NCBI GenBank assembly: GCA_038087875.1
Contig: CM075989.1
Span: forward strand, 620,001 to 684,000
DNA length: 64,000 nucleotides
From: Malacoraja senta
Lineage: Eukaryota
Direction: 5' to 3'
The notes under the pieces are model-generated. The model had not been told where the DNA came from and did not search any database. It was given only the letters and a program-made list of their open reading frames with translations. Of this stretch, positions 22,968 through 35,800 are shown one piece after another. Numbering within the stretch: position 1 is the stretch's first letter; each line of letters opens with the position of its first letter. The position numbers and the translations under genes were made by a program.

Positions 22968-24979
22968 TTAGTCAAACATGACCTTCCAGGCACAAATCCA
23001 TGTTGACGGTTCCTAATCAGACCCTGCTTATCCAGATGCTTATATACATTATCCCTAAGTATCCTTTCCATTCATTTGCCCACCACTGACGTCAAACTAA
23101 CAGGTCTATAATTGCTAGGTTTACTCTTAGAACCCTTTTTAAACAATGGAACAACATGCGCAGTACGCCAATTCTCCAGCACCATTCTCGTTTCTAATGA
23201 CATTTGAAATATTTCTGTCATAGCCCCTGCTATTTCACACTAACTTCCCTCAATGTCCTAGGGAATATCCAGTCAGTACCTGGAGACTTATCCACTTCAA
23301 TATTTTTCAAAAGTGTCAGTACTTCCTCTTCTTTGAATCTCATAGTTTCCATAGCTACTCTACTTGTTTCCCTTACCTCACACAATTCAATATCCTTCTC
23401 CTTGGTGAATACCGAAGAACAGAAATTGTTCAATATCTCCCCCATCTCTTTTGGCTCTGCAGATAGCTGTCCACTCTCTCTCTAATGGACCAATTTTATC
23501 CCTCGTTATCCTTTTGCTATTAATATAGCTGTCGAAACCCTTTGGATTTACTTTCACCTTACTTGCCAAAGCAACCTCATATCTTCTTTTTGCTTTTCTA
23601 ATTTCTGTCTTAAGATTCTTTTTACATTCTTTATACTCCTCAAGCACCTCATTTACTCCATGCTGCCTATAAATATTGTAGATCTCTCTCTTTTTCCGAA
23701 CCGTGTCCAATTTCCCTTGAAAACCATGGCTCTTTCCAACTATTACTACTTCCTTTCAACCGAACAGGAACATAAATATTCTGTACTCTTAAAATGTCAC
23801 CTTTAAATGTCCTCCATTTCTCTTCTACATCCTTCCCATAAAACAAAATGTCCCAATTCACTCCTTTTAAATCCTTTCACATCTCCTCAAAGTTAGCCTT
23901 TCTCCAATCAAAAACCTCAACCCTTGGTCCAGTTCTGAACCTCTCCATAATTATATTGAAACTAATGGTATTGTGATCACTGGACCCGACGTGCTCCCCA
24001 ACACATACCTCCACCACATGACCTGTCACATTTCCTAACAGGAGGTCCAGCACTGCCCCTTCTCTGGTAGGTACCTCTACGTATTACTGCAAAAAACTAT
24101 CCAGCACATTTTACAAACTTCAAACCATCCAGCCCTTTTACAGAATGTTTCCCAGTCTATGTGTGGAAAATTGAAATCTCCCACAATCACTACCTTGTGC
24201 TTACTACTAATATCTGCTATCTCCTTACATATTTGCTCTTCCAATTCTCGCTCCCCATTAGGCGGTTTATAATACACCCCAATAAGTGTTGCTACACCTT
24301 TCCCATTTCTCAGTTCAACCCAAATAGCCTCCCTAGACGAGCCCTCTAATCTATCCTGCCAAAGCACTGGTGTAATATCTTCCCTGACAAGCAATGAAAC
24401 ACCTCCACCTCTTGCCCCTCCAATTCTATCACACCTGAAGCAACGAAATCCTGAAATATTTTGTTTCCAATCACAGCCATCCTGCAACCATGTTTCACTA
24501 ATCTCCACAACATCATACTTCCAGGTGTCAATCCAGGCTCAAAGCTCATTCACCTTTCTTACAATGCTCCTAGCATTAAAATATACACATTTAAGAAACC
24601 CACCACCTCTTATTCTGTTTATTATCTTTTTCTTCTTTCTCCCCTATATGTTGGGTCCAAGTCACCCTGCATTCTCATAGCATCCTCCTCGCAGTTTACA
24701 CTGCCACCCAACTTTGTGTCATCTGCAAATTTGCTAATGTTACTTTGAATCCCTTCATATAAATCATTGATGTATATTGTAAATAGCTGCGGTCCCAGCA
24801 CTGAGCCTTGCGGTACCCCACTAGTCACTGCTTGCCATTCTGAAAGGGACCTATTAATCCCAACTCTTTGTTTACTGTCTGCCAACCAATTTTCTATCCA
24901 TGTCAGCACTCTACCCCCATTAACATTTGCCCTAATTTTGCCCACTAATCTCCTATGTGGGACCTTATCAATAGCACCT

Positions 24980-25590
24980 CGACTTCCTTAGCATATTGTG
25001 GAGATATTCAGTTTGTCGACGAATACTCTCTCAAACATCTACAGGTGTACGGTAGAGAGTATACTGACTGGATGCATCATGGCCTGGTTCCGCAACTCGA
25101 ATGCCCATTGTCAAAGAGAGCTGCAGAAAGTGATGGACATTCCCCGGTCCATCACAGGTACTGACCTCCCCACTATCGAAGGGATATACACGAGGTGCTG
25201 CCTTAGAAAGACATCCAACATCATCAAAGACCCTCACCACCCTAGCCATGCTCTCATTTCACCCCTACCATTAGGAAGACAGTACAGGAGACTGAAAACC
25301 TTGACCTCCACATTCAAAAACAGTTTAGTTCCAGCAACTATCTGGCTCTTGAACACAACACCACACTAACTACAACCCTACCTCAACAACTATGATCTTT
25401 GGACGGTGTCTTTGATTGCATTTAGGACTTCAGTTTTGCACTGTGATGGTTACCTAATAATACAGTTATCAATGGATTATATTATTGATTCGAATATATT
25501 TATTTTGTGTTAATGGGCCTGTAAAGCTGCAGGAAGTAAGAATTTCATTGTTCTATTTCCAGTACATATGACAATTAAACACTCTTGATT
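24980..25590 (+). mobile_element. Rex1/Babar-like LINE 3' fragment (others at about 31230-31640 -, 43955-44520 +, 50190-50885 +)
   Basis: YRCTVESILTGCIMAWF...IIKDPHHPSHALISPLPLGRQYR. Confidence 0.7.
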
Positions 25591-25920
25591 GGAACTATTT
25601 ATCTCTCTCATTTACTCAAATGTCCTCATGAAGACTACCTACAAACACATGAGCGATTTCAGGTGAGAATGAAATTACCCTCAGATATAAGGGACTCTTG
25701 CGATGATGTCCAAGCGCTGTTAAAATATCAACAACGACAACCCTCTTATTGTGCGTGAGATCTGGTTCTAGCGATTGGACAGTTTATCCTGGGATGCCCA
25801 TTCTCAGGTCATCAAGTTTATTGTGATCTGGACAAGTTCAGTGATGTACAGGTAAAATGAAAATCTTGCTTGCAGCAGCATCACAAGCGCATCATAGACA
25901 CAGACATATAAATTATACAC

Positions 25921-27180
25921 AGACGATGCGGTCTCCCAGGTTCTGCACACCGCTCTCTCTCATCTTGACAGCCAGAAGGGGGGCTACGTGAGGATGTTCA
26001 TAGACTTCAGTTCAGCCTTCAACACGATAGTCCCCACCAGACTGGCCGAGAAGCTACTGGAATTAGGGCTTAACACCCCCCTGTTTGCCTGGGTCCTTCA
26101 CTTTCTCTCCACCAGGCCCCAGGTAGTCAAGATGGGGGGAAATACATTGAAGTCCCTCACCCTGAGCACAGGATCCCCCAGGGTTGAATCCTCTGCCCCC
26201 TACTGTACTCCCTGTACACACATGACTGTGTGGCTAGGTTCAGCTCCAACTCGATAATCAAGTTTGCTGATGACACTGTGGTGGTGGGTCTGATTTCAGA
26301 CAATGATGAGAAGGCCTACTGGGAGGAGGTGGCTGATCTGGCACTCTGGTGTCAGGACAACACTCCTCTTGAACATCAAAAAAACGAAGGAGCTGATCAT
26401 GGACTTTGGGAGGGCACATCATCCGAGGACGTACACACCATTGAGGATAAACGGGGATACTGTGGATAGGGTGAGCTGTTTTAAATACCTGGGAGTCCAC
26501 ATCTCTGAGGATATGACATGGACATCACATGCTGCAGCACTCGTGAGTAAGGCAAGACAGCGCCTTTACCACCTCAGTCAATTGAGGAAATTCAGAGTGT
26601 CTCTGAGGATCCTCCAGTGCTTCTAGTCAGCGGCTGTGGAAAGCATCTCGTCCGGAAATATCATGATTTGGTTTGGGAACTGCTCTGCCCAGGTCAAGAA
26701 GGCTCTGCAGAGAGTAGTGCATTAGGTCGAATGCACGATGGGAACTTCACTCACCCCTCTGCAGGAACTATACATCAGAAGGTTCAACTCCAGAGCCCTT
26801 CCACCCCTGCAACGGACTGTTCCAGCTGCTACGGTCAGGCAAACACCTCCGTTGCCATGCTGTGAGAACGCAGAGGTTGAGAAGGAGTTTCTTGCCAGAG
26901 GCCATTAGGACTGTAATCTCCTACCTCACCAGGGACTAACTTTACTGTACCATTCTACTGTTTTTTTAAAATAAATTGCTGGGTTTTTTCCTTTTCCTTC
27001 CTCCCACAATATGTATGTAAAAGAATATGTGATTCTGTTCCATTCTGTTTGTAGTTTGTTTGTTTGTTTGTTTGTTTGTTTTTTGCACAAAGTCCGTGAG
27101 CATTGCCACTTTTCATTTCACTGCACATCTCGTATGTGTATGTGACGAATAAACTCGACTTGACTTGACTTGACTTGACA
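25921..27180 (+). mobile_element. Rex1/Babar LINE, 5'-truncated
   Basis: FIDFSSAFNTIVP, IIKFADDTVVVGLISDNDE, FKYLGVHISEDMTW; aataaa then (cttga)n tail. Confidence 0.85.
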
Positions 27181-27539
27181 CATTTCACAAGAATTCTCCA
27201 AAATAGTGAAAAGAAAAATTCTGCAAAAAGAAAGATATTGGTGACAAAAATACACAATTAAAAAAACAAATCCACGGCTGTGCAAGAGGTGGTCCTTTGT
27301 GTTCCATTACCGAAGCATTAAAATAATTGTACAAGTCATCTCAAGAACGTGATGGCTGCAGGAAAGTAAGTTGATAAGTTATGGGAGCAGAATTAGGTCA
27401 TTCAGCCCATCTAGTCTACTCCACCATCAATCATAGCTGATCTATCTTTCCCTCTCAACCCTATTCACCTGCCTTTTCCCCATAACCACAGGCACCCGTA
27501 CTAATCAGCCAAAGTAGCTGTTCCTGAATTTGGAGGTGT

Positions 27540-30500
27540 GGAACTTCACAGTATTTTCCAATGTTCTATAGACTCTGGATCAGTTCCTGTGGACTGGAGG
27601 GTAGCCAATGTAACCCCACTTTTTAACAAAGGAGGGAAAGAAAAAATGGGGAATTACTGTATAGACCAGTTAGCCTTACATCGGTCATGGGGAAGATGCT
27701 TGAGTCGATTATTAAAGACATAATACCAGCGCATTTAGAAAGCAGTGACAGGTTGTCATAGTGACAGGATGACAGTCAGCATGTATTTATGAAGGGGAAA
27801 TCATGCTTGACTAAGCTTCTGGAATTTTTTGAGAATGTAACATGTAGAATGGATAAGAAAGACTTTCAAAAAAATGACAAGGTCCCACACAAGAGATTAG
27901 TGTGCAAAATTAGAGTGCATGGTATTGGGGGTAGGATATTGACATGGATAGAGAACTGGTTGGCAGACAGGAAGCGGAATAATGGATTAATGGATTAAAA
28001 GTATTATATATGAATGCACGAAGCATAAGAAATAAATTGGATGAGTTTGAGGCTCAGTTAGAAATTGGCAAGTATGATGTTGTGGGAATTCCAGAGACAT
28101 GGCTGCAAGAGGACCAGGGGTGGGAACTGAATATTCACGGGTATACCTCCTATCGAAAAGACAGACAGGTGGGCAGAGGGGGTGGGGTAACTTTGGTGGT
28201 GAGGAATGAAATTCAGTCCATTGCGAGGGGTGACATTGAATCAGGAGATGTAGAGTCAGTATGGATAGAAGTGCGGAATTGTAAGGGTAAAGAGACCCTA
28301 ATGGGACTTATCTACAGGCCCCCAAACAGTAGCCTGGATATAGAGTGCAAGTTGAATCAAGAGTTTAAATTGGCATGTCGCAAAGGAATGCTACAGTTGA
28401 TAAGGGAGATTTCAACATGCAGGTAGACTGGTAAAATCAGGTTGGTGTTGGATCCCAAGAAAGGGAGTTTGCGGAGTACCTCCATGAGATTCTTTGAGCA
28501 GCTTGTGCTGGAGCCTACCAGGGAGAAGGCAATTCTGGATTTATTGTTGTGTAATGAACCGGATTTGATAAGGGATCTCGAGGTAAAGGAGCCATTAGGA
28601 CCATAACATGATACATTTTAATCCACAATTTCAGAAGGAGAAGGGAAAATCGGAAGTGTCGGTATTACAGTTGAACAAAGGGGACTATGGAACCATGAGG
28701 GAGCAGCTGGCTAAAGTTGACTGGAAATATACCCTAGCATGGATGACTGTGGAACAACAATGGCAGGTGTTTCTGGGAGTAATACAGAAGGTGGAAGATC
28801 AGTTTATTCAAAAGAGGATTTAAAGTAACATCAGCAAATTTGCAGATGACACAATGCTGGGTGGCAGTGTGAACTGTGAGGAGGATTCTATTAGGAATCA
28901 GGGTGCCTTGGACAGGTTGGGTGAGTGGACAGATGTATGGCAGATGCAGTTTAATGTGGTTCAATGTGAGGTTATCCACTGTAAAAACAGGAAGGCAGAT
29001 TATTATCTGAATGGTGTCAAATTGGGAAAAGGGGAGGTACAATGAGAACAAAGAGGTTCTTCTACAGTTGTAAAGGGCTCTGGTGAGACCACATCTGGAG
29101 TATTGTGTACAGTTTTGGTCTCCTAATTTGAGGAAGGACCTCCTTGTGATTGAGGCAGTGCAGCGTAAGTTCACGAGATTGATCCCTGGGATGGCGGGAC
29201 TGTCATATGAGGAAAGATTGAAAAGACTAGGCTTGTATTCACTGGAGTTTACAAGGATGAGGAGGGATCTTGTAGAAACATATAAAATTATAAAAGGACT
29301 GGGCAAGCTAGATGCAGGAAAAATGTTCCCAATGTTGGGCGAGTCCAGAAGCAGGGGCCACAGTCTTAGAATAAAGGGGAGGTCATTTAAGACTGAGGTG
29401 AGAAAATGTTTTTTTTACCCTGAGAGTTGTGAATGTATGGAATTCCCTGCCACAGAGGCCAGTGGAGGCCAATTCATGGATGGATTTAAGAGAGAGTTAT
29501 ATAGAGTTCTAGGGGCTAGTGGAGTCAAGGGATATGGGCAGAAGGCAGGCACAGGTTGTTGATAGGGGACGATCAACCATGATCACAATGAATGGCGGTG
29601 CTGGCTTGAAGGGCTGAATGGCCTCCTCCTGCACCTATTTTCTATGTTTCTATGTTTCTATGTTGTTAACTGGGGGCCTTGTTCATCAGTCACTGGGTTT
29701 CGGCCTGAAGCGTTGCCAATTTCCTTCGCTCCATAGATGCTGCTGCTCCCGCTGAGTTTCTCCAGCATTTTTGTGTACCTACTGAAAGTAAGCATACAGG
29801 TACAGCAGGCAGTGAAGAAATGTAATGGCATGTTGGCCTTCATAACAAGATTTGAGTATCGGAGCAAAGAGGTTCTTCTGCTGTTGTACTGGGCCTTAGT
29901 CAGACCACAGTTGGAGTATTGTGCGCAGTTTTGGTCTCCAAATTTGAGGAAGGACATTCTTGCTATTGAGGGAGTGCAGCGTAGTTTCATGAGGTTAATC
30001 CTGGGATGATAGGGCTGTCATATGTTGATAGATTGGAGCGGCTGGGCTGTTATACTCTGGAATTTAGGATGAGTGCAGATCTTATTGAAACATATAAGAT
30101 TATTAAGGGATTGGACACGGTAGGGGCAGGAAACATGTTCCTGATGTTGGGGAAGTCCAGAACCAGGGGCCACAGTTTAAGAATATGGGGTGAGCAATTT
30201 AGAACGGGGATGAGGAAAAACATTTTCTGAATCTGTCGAATTCTCTGCCTCAGAAGGCAGTGGAGGCCAATTCTCCAGATGCTTTCAAGAGAGAGTTAGA
30301 TGGAGCTCTTAAAGACAGTGGAGTCAGGGGATATGGTGAGAAGGCAGGAACGGGGTACTGATTGGGGATGATCAGCCATGATCAAAGTGAATGGCTCGAA
30401 GGGCCGAATTATTGTCTATTGTCTATTGTCTATAAAGGAATTAATGGGTCATTTCAGAATGGCAGGCAGTGACTATTGCAGTGTCGCAAGGCAGAGTGCT

Positions 30501-31230
30501 GGGACCCCAGTTATTCACATTATATATTAACAATTTAGACGGGGAAATTACAGTCAATGTAACATCTCCAAGTTTGCAGATCACAAAAAGCTGGGTGGCA
30601 GTTCGAGCTGCGAGGAGGATGCTATGAATCTGCAGGGTGACTTTGATAGGTTGTGTGAGTGGGCAGATGCATGGCAGATGCAGTATATTGTGGATAATTG
30701 TGAGGTTATCCACTTTGGTGGAAGAACGGGAAGGCAGATTATTATCTCAATGGTGTCAGGTTAGGAAAAGGGGAGGTGCAACGAGATCTGGGTGTCCTTG
30801 TACATCAGTCGCAGAAAGAAAGCATGCAGGTACAGCAGGCAGTGAAGAAAGCTAATGGCATGTTGGCCTTCATTGCGAGATGGAGGAAAAAACGTTCCCC
30901 ATGTTGGGGGAGTCCAGAAACAAGGGTCACAGTTTAAGAATAAGCAGTAGGCCATTTAGGACTGAGATGAGGAAAAACCTTTTTACCCAGTGAGTTGTGA
31001 ATCTGTGGAATTCTCTGTCACAGAAGGCAGTCGAGACCAATTCATTAGATGTTTTCAAGAGAGAGTTAGATGTAGTTCTTGGACCTAACAGAATCAAGGG
31101 ATATGGGGAAAAAGCAGGAACGGTGTACTGATTTTGGTTGATTAGCCATGATCATATTGAATGGCTCGAAGGGCTGAATGGCCGACTCCTGCAACTATTT
31201 TCTCTATATTTCTATGTTTCTATGTTTCTG
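27540..31230 (+). mobile_element. Stack of nested or chimeric CR1 fragments
   Basis: Repeated APE (MNARSIRNK...ETWL) and RT (LEYCVQFWSP) segments, with three separate 3' tails. Confidence 0.88.
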
Positions 31231-31669
31231 CACCTCCTGCATAATTGTTGCGGTGAGAAGATCTCATGGTCTGGATTGTGGAAATATTTGATGATAGATG
31301 CCGCCTTCCTGAGGCAAAGCCTCAAGTGGATGCTTTCAATGTTGGGAGGGCTGTGACTGTGATGGACCGGGCTGAGTCCACCACTCTCAGCAGTCTCTTG
31401 CAAACCAGTGCATTGGAATTGGCAAACCAGGCCATGATGCAACCAGTCAGGATACTTTCTACAGTGCATCTGTAGACGTTTGTTAGAGTACTGGGTGACA
31501 TGGCAAATTTCCCTGAACATGTAAGCAAGTAAAAGTACTACCACTTTCTTTGTGATTGCATTATGTACCGGGCTCAGTACAGGTCATCCGAGAGGTAATG
31601 CCCAGGACGTTAAAACTGCTAACCTGCTGACTGATCCAGACCTTATCTGTCCAATTCTTGAGCAAATGT

Positions 31670-32030
31670 GGGGGAGTGGGTGGTGGTGTGAGTGAGGGAG
31701 TGTGTGTGGGGGAGGGGGAAGTGGGTGTGTGGTGGGGGTGTGTGGGGGGTGTGGAGGAGGGGGGGTGGGGGAGGGTGTTGTGGGGGTGTGGGGAGATGGG
31801 GGGTGTTGGGTAGTGCGGTGTTTCTCATATTTCACCAATCAAAACAAAACTTGGTGCCGTGGAGTAGAGGAGAACATTGAGTAATGTGACAAAAATCCTT
31901 GTGATATAGCGCAGCGTTTTTGCGCAAATTTAATTAAAATGCAGACCGGAAATGGTCAAGATGAGAGTTTTCGGAAGACGGAGGAGGGAGGGAGTGAGGG
32001 AGGGAGGGAGGGAGGGAGGGAGGGAGGGAT
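31670..32030. repeat. G/T-rich low-complexity tract (31670-31810) and (ggga)n microsatellite (31981-32029)
   Basis: Direct inspection. Confidence 0.85.
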
Positions 32031-32067
32031 GGACGGATGTACAGACAGACAGACACCTTTTTTCCCA

Positions 32068-32675
32068 GGTACTACTGCAGTTGTACAGGGTCTTGGTGAG
32101 CCCACACCTGGAGTATTGCGTACAGTTTTGGTCTCCTAATCTGAGGAAAGACATTCTTGCCATAGAGGGAGTACAGAGAAGGTTCACCAGACTGATTCCT
32201 GGGATGTCAGGACTTTCATATGAAGAACGACTGGATAGACTCGGCTTGTACTTGCTAGAATTTAGAAGATTGAGGGAAGATCTTATAGAAACGTACAAAA
32301 TTCTTAAGGGGTTGGACAGGCTTGATGCAGGAAGATTGTTCCCGATGTTGGGGAAGTCCAGAACAAGGGGTCACAGTTTAAGGATAAGGGGGAAATCTTT
32401 TCGGACCGAGATGAGAAAAACATTATTCACACAAAGAGTGGTGAATCTCTGGAATTCTCTGCCACAGAAGGTAGTTGAGGCCAGTTCATTGGCTATATTT
32501 AAGAGGGAGTTAGATGTGGCCCTTGTGGCTAAAGGGATCAGGGGGTATGGAGAGAAGGCAGGTACAGGATACTGAGTTGGATGATCAGCCATGATCATAT
32601 TGAATGGGTGCAGGCTCGAAGGGCCGAATGGCCTACTCCTGCACCTATTTTCTATGTATCTATGTATCTATGTAT
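32068..32675 (+). mobile_element. CR1 3' fragment
   Basis: VLLQLYRVLVSPHLEYCVQFWSP...GTGY*; (tatctatg)n tail. Confidence 0.92.
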
Positions 32676-32868
32676 ATTACATACTGTAAGAGTTTGCTGC
32701 CACACCCGCCTGACGAAATAAAGATTTTACTACTTGATACTAATGTTATTGCGTTTTCGTCTGTTTGAAGTGAAACGAACCATAACAATGTTTCGGGACG
32801 AGACCCTTCTTCGGTGATTAGGGATAAGGGAAACAAGAGATATAGACGGTGATGTAGAGAGATAAAGA

Positions 32869-35800
32869 ATAGTAAGATTAAACGAGAACTTACCAGTTTG
32901 AAGTTTGAAATTTATTTTGTGAGGAGTTACGTTGAGGGATAACGTGAAGACCCCGCCAGCCCGCATGCACGTCAATCTTCAAAGCAGCGGTGTGAAATCA
33001 CAGATAACAGTTGTTGAACTGAATATAGTAAGATTAGAGAAAACTAGAATACCAGCTGACCTTTATGATAGAGCGTTGGGAGCGGAGGGCACGTAATCCC
33101 TCAACGTAACTCCCATAAAATAAAGATCAAACTTCAAACTGGTAAGTTCTCGTTTAATCTTACTATTTTACTTCGGAGTCACGTGAGTGACTACGTGAAG
33201 ATTTCAAAGCTCTGTGATTTCATGCCATGGAAATAAGTCTATCCGTCACACACTGCATCAGTTGACCAATGATGAGTGAACATTAATAATGCATTCAGAC
33301 ATGACATAGATATAGACATGTTGATGCTTTTAATGAACAAATAATGATAATAGTGACCTCCCTCAACCGGGAGGAAACTATGAAACAGAACCTAACATAG
33401 ACTTGGAAAATACCCCCAATCTGTCAATGGGTTTGTTCTAAACATTTGGAAAGATCGTTTGTTTAGACCATCCTGCAGCCACTCAGATGTGGTCCCACTA
33501 ACGTCCATAACCCTGCTGCTGAGGTTGTTGCAGCCCTGGTGGAGTGAGACTTGAAAATGTCAGTGTTCACTCCTGTATAAGCCAGACCCATTTTAACCAC
33601 CTGGAGATGGTCTGTAGTGATACTTTCTTACGAGGCTTTATGTAACTAACAACATTGCTAGTTCAGCGTCTGTAAGGCTCTTAGTGACCTTAACATTCTG
33701 GTGTAGATGTGTGACCACACACAACCGAAGGTCCATGGGATATGCAAACAAATCTAGTTTGAGACCTGATGCCCCTGGTCTACTCTGCTTGACTAAGTCA
33801 TAAACATAAAATGTTATTTAGCTCCCAGATATGATCATCCTATCCAGTCACAGCTTATGCAATGACTGGACCCGTTGCGCTGAACTCAGCGCCATGAGCA
33901 TAACCACTTGTAAGTGAGTTTGACCAAGGACAGGGATGTAGCTGGAGCCCACCGGCGAAGCGACATAGCACAATGTTAACATCCCATATCTCTGCGTACC
34001 TACGCCTGGGAGGTTTTGAGTTGAAGATACCCTTCATAATCTAGATCTCAGAGGGTGTGACCCGACAGAGTGGATTCTGCTCCTCGCAGCCAACATGATG
34101 AGAAGGCACTTTAGGCACAGTAAATGGCACTTTAACTTAATGATTGTCAAAACCCCATATAAAACTGAACTTCAAGACGTCAGTCATCCATGCAGAATTA
34201 AATGTAATATAAGCATAAAACAAATACCTCCCATCTCCATATGAGGAAATACTGCTATTTGGTGCTATCCCTGCAATCTGCAATGAGCACGACCAAGGTT
34301 TTTGGTATAACAACCCGAGCCGCAGGAACGGTCTTCTCAGAGTCTGTAAGTCAATGAATTGATTATATCATGCAGAGGATGGTTTCCCGAGTCACGGCTA
34401 AACCAGCAAATGTTGTGTCCAGAAATAACCATAAGGTTCTATTATCATTCCCCACATCAGCGGGAACCATGGCTGTATAAGCCAGGCAGGCACTATGAAA
34501 ATGCCTGAAGCGGGAACTTGCTGAATGTTTGCAAGACCTGTCTAATGAGGCAAAATGGAGGAAGACATAAAAGAACATTCCTTCCCAGTGTAGCGAAAAT
34601 GCACCCATCGCCATTGATATGCCACATATTTTTTGCAACTGGTGATTGAGCCTGGATGCAAACATCTCGATCGTTAGTGTTCCATCAAGCCACAATGTCA
34701 TTAAATACTTTGTGACCGCACATCCATTCTGTGTTGTCATTGATTTTACATGATGATACACCAGTGCCAAATGAGGTTAGGTAAACTATCACCGGATACT
34801 TTGACTTGATTGCACCCATGTGATTAACATATACCACCACCAAAGTGTATCAATTTGGACTTGAGCATGCAGATTATGCATAATCACACAACCCTTTAAT
34901 CCACAGAATGCACCTGGTGTCTATAGGTAGTTGATACCATATAACTGAACAATTGCAAATCCCATCCGCCTCCGTAACAAGAGATGGTATTAGTAATTTT
35001 CCATCTTTGGGCAATAGTTTGTAATTAACTGAAGATTTACTGATGAAAAGTTAGTAGAGCAATGCTGAATACGGTTCGTCCACCATTGTGACTTTGATAG
35101 TTTCAGCTCGGAATAGCAGAGGCCTGTAACAATGGTACTTGAGAATTAATTCCAATCTCTTGCCTCAGGGCGGAGCCCCAAACAAATTAATAGAGTTAAT
35201 TGTAAATCCCAATAATCAATAATTTCAGTTGGTATCAACTTAAATTTAACTTAAATGTAACTGGATGGATGAGAACCCAATTTCTCAAATATAGTTTTGT
35301 GGCTGATACAGCTAATTTAGCAAAATACAGTGTTTAGAATATCATCCAGTAGGCCATAACAATTGTTTTTTAGCTCTGAGCAGCCGAAGCACTAATTGTA
35401 GTAATTTGGTAAATAACCTGGGAGCTGAAGTTAGCCCATTTTGCAATGCTTCTGACTGTATCATTGCCCCATCCAGCTAAATTTCAAATATCTCCGGTGC
35501 CCTGTGAATGGAAACTGATCCCATGGAAGTTAAACAGTCACAAAGTTTCCTATTCAGAAATATCTATACTGCACATGCGAGTTGAACCTGTTGACAATGA
35601 ACAGGCCACATCTGCCACTATTGCGCGCCTGCCTTGAAAGGCAACTCCAAGCCATATCTTCGAGAACTCTAGCCAATTTCCACGCCTGTCTTGCTTGTAT
35701 GCTGTGTAGTATAAACTAATCTCATGTTATCATTTAATTTATAAACAGATCTGAATCTTATGTTATTATTGTCATCTGTACAAAAAACAAGTGAATAAAA

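Larger units (their letters stand above)
20081..24640 (-). mobile_element. CR1 LINE ORF2 (APE endonuclease plus RT), host to two nested + strand CR1 copies
   Basis: ISETWL...VGDFNFP (APE), SGVPQGSVLGP, KYADDTK, (ggttatat)n tail; same family as 62160-64000. Confidence 0.92.

Noticed and set aside
31584..32139. Pro/His-rich and Gly-rich ORFs
   Set aside because: Translations of low-complexity G/T and (ggga)n tracts.
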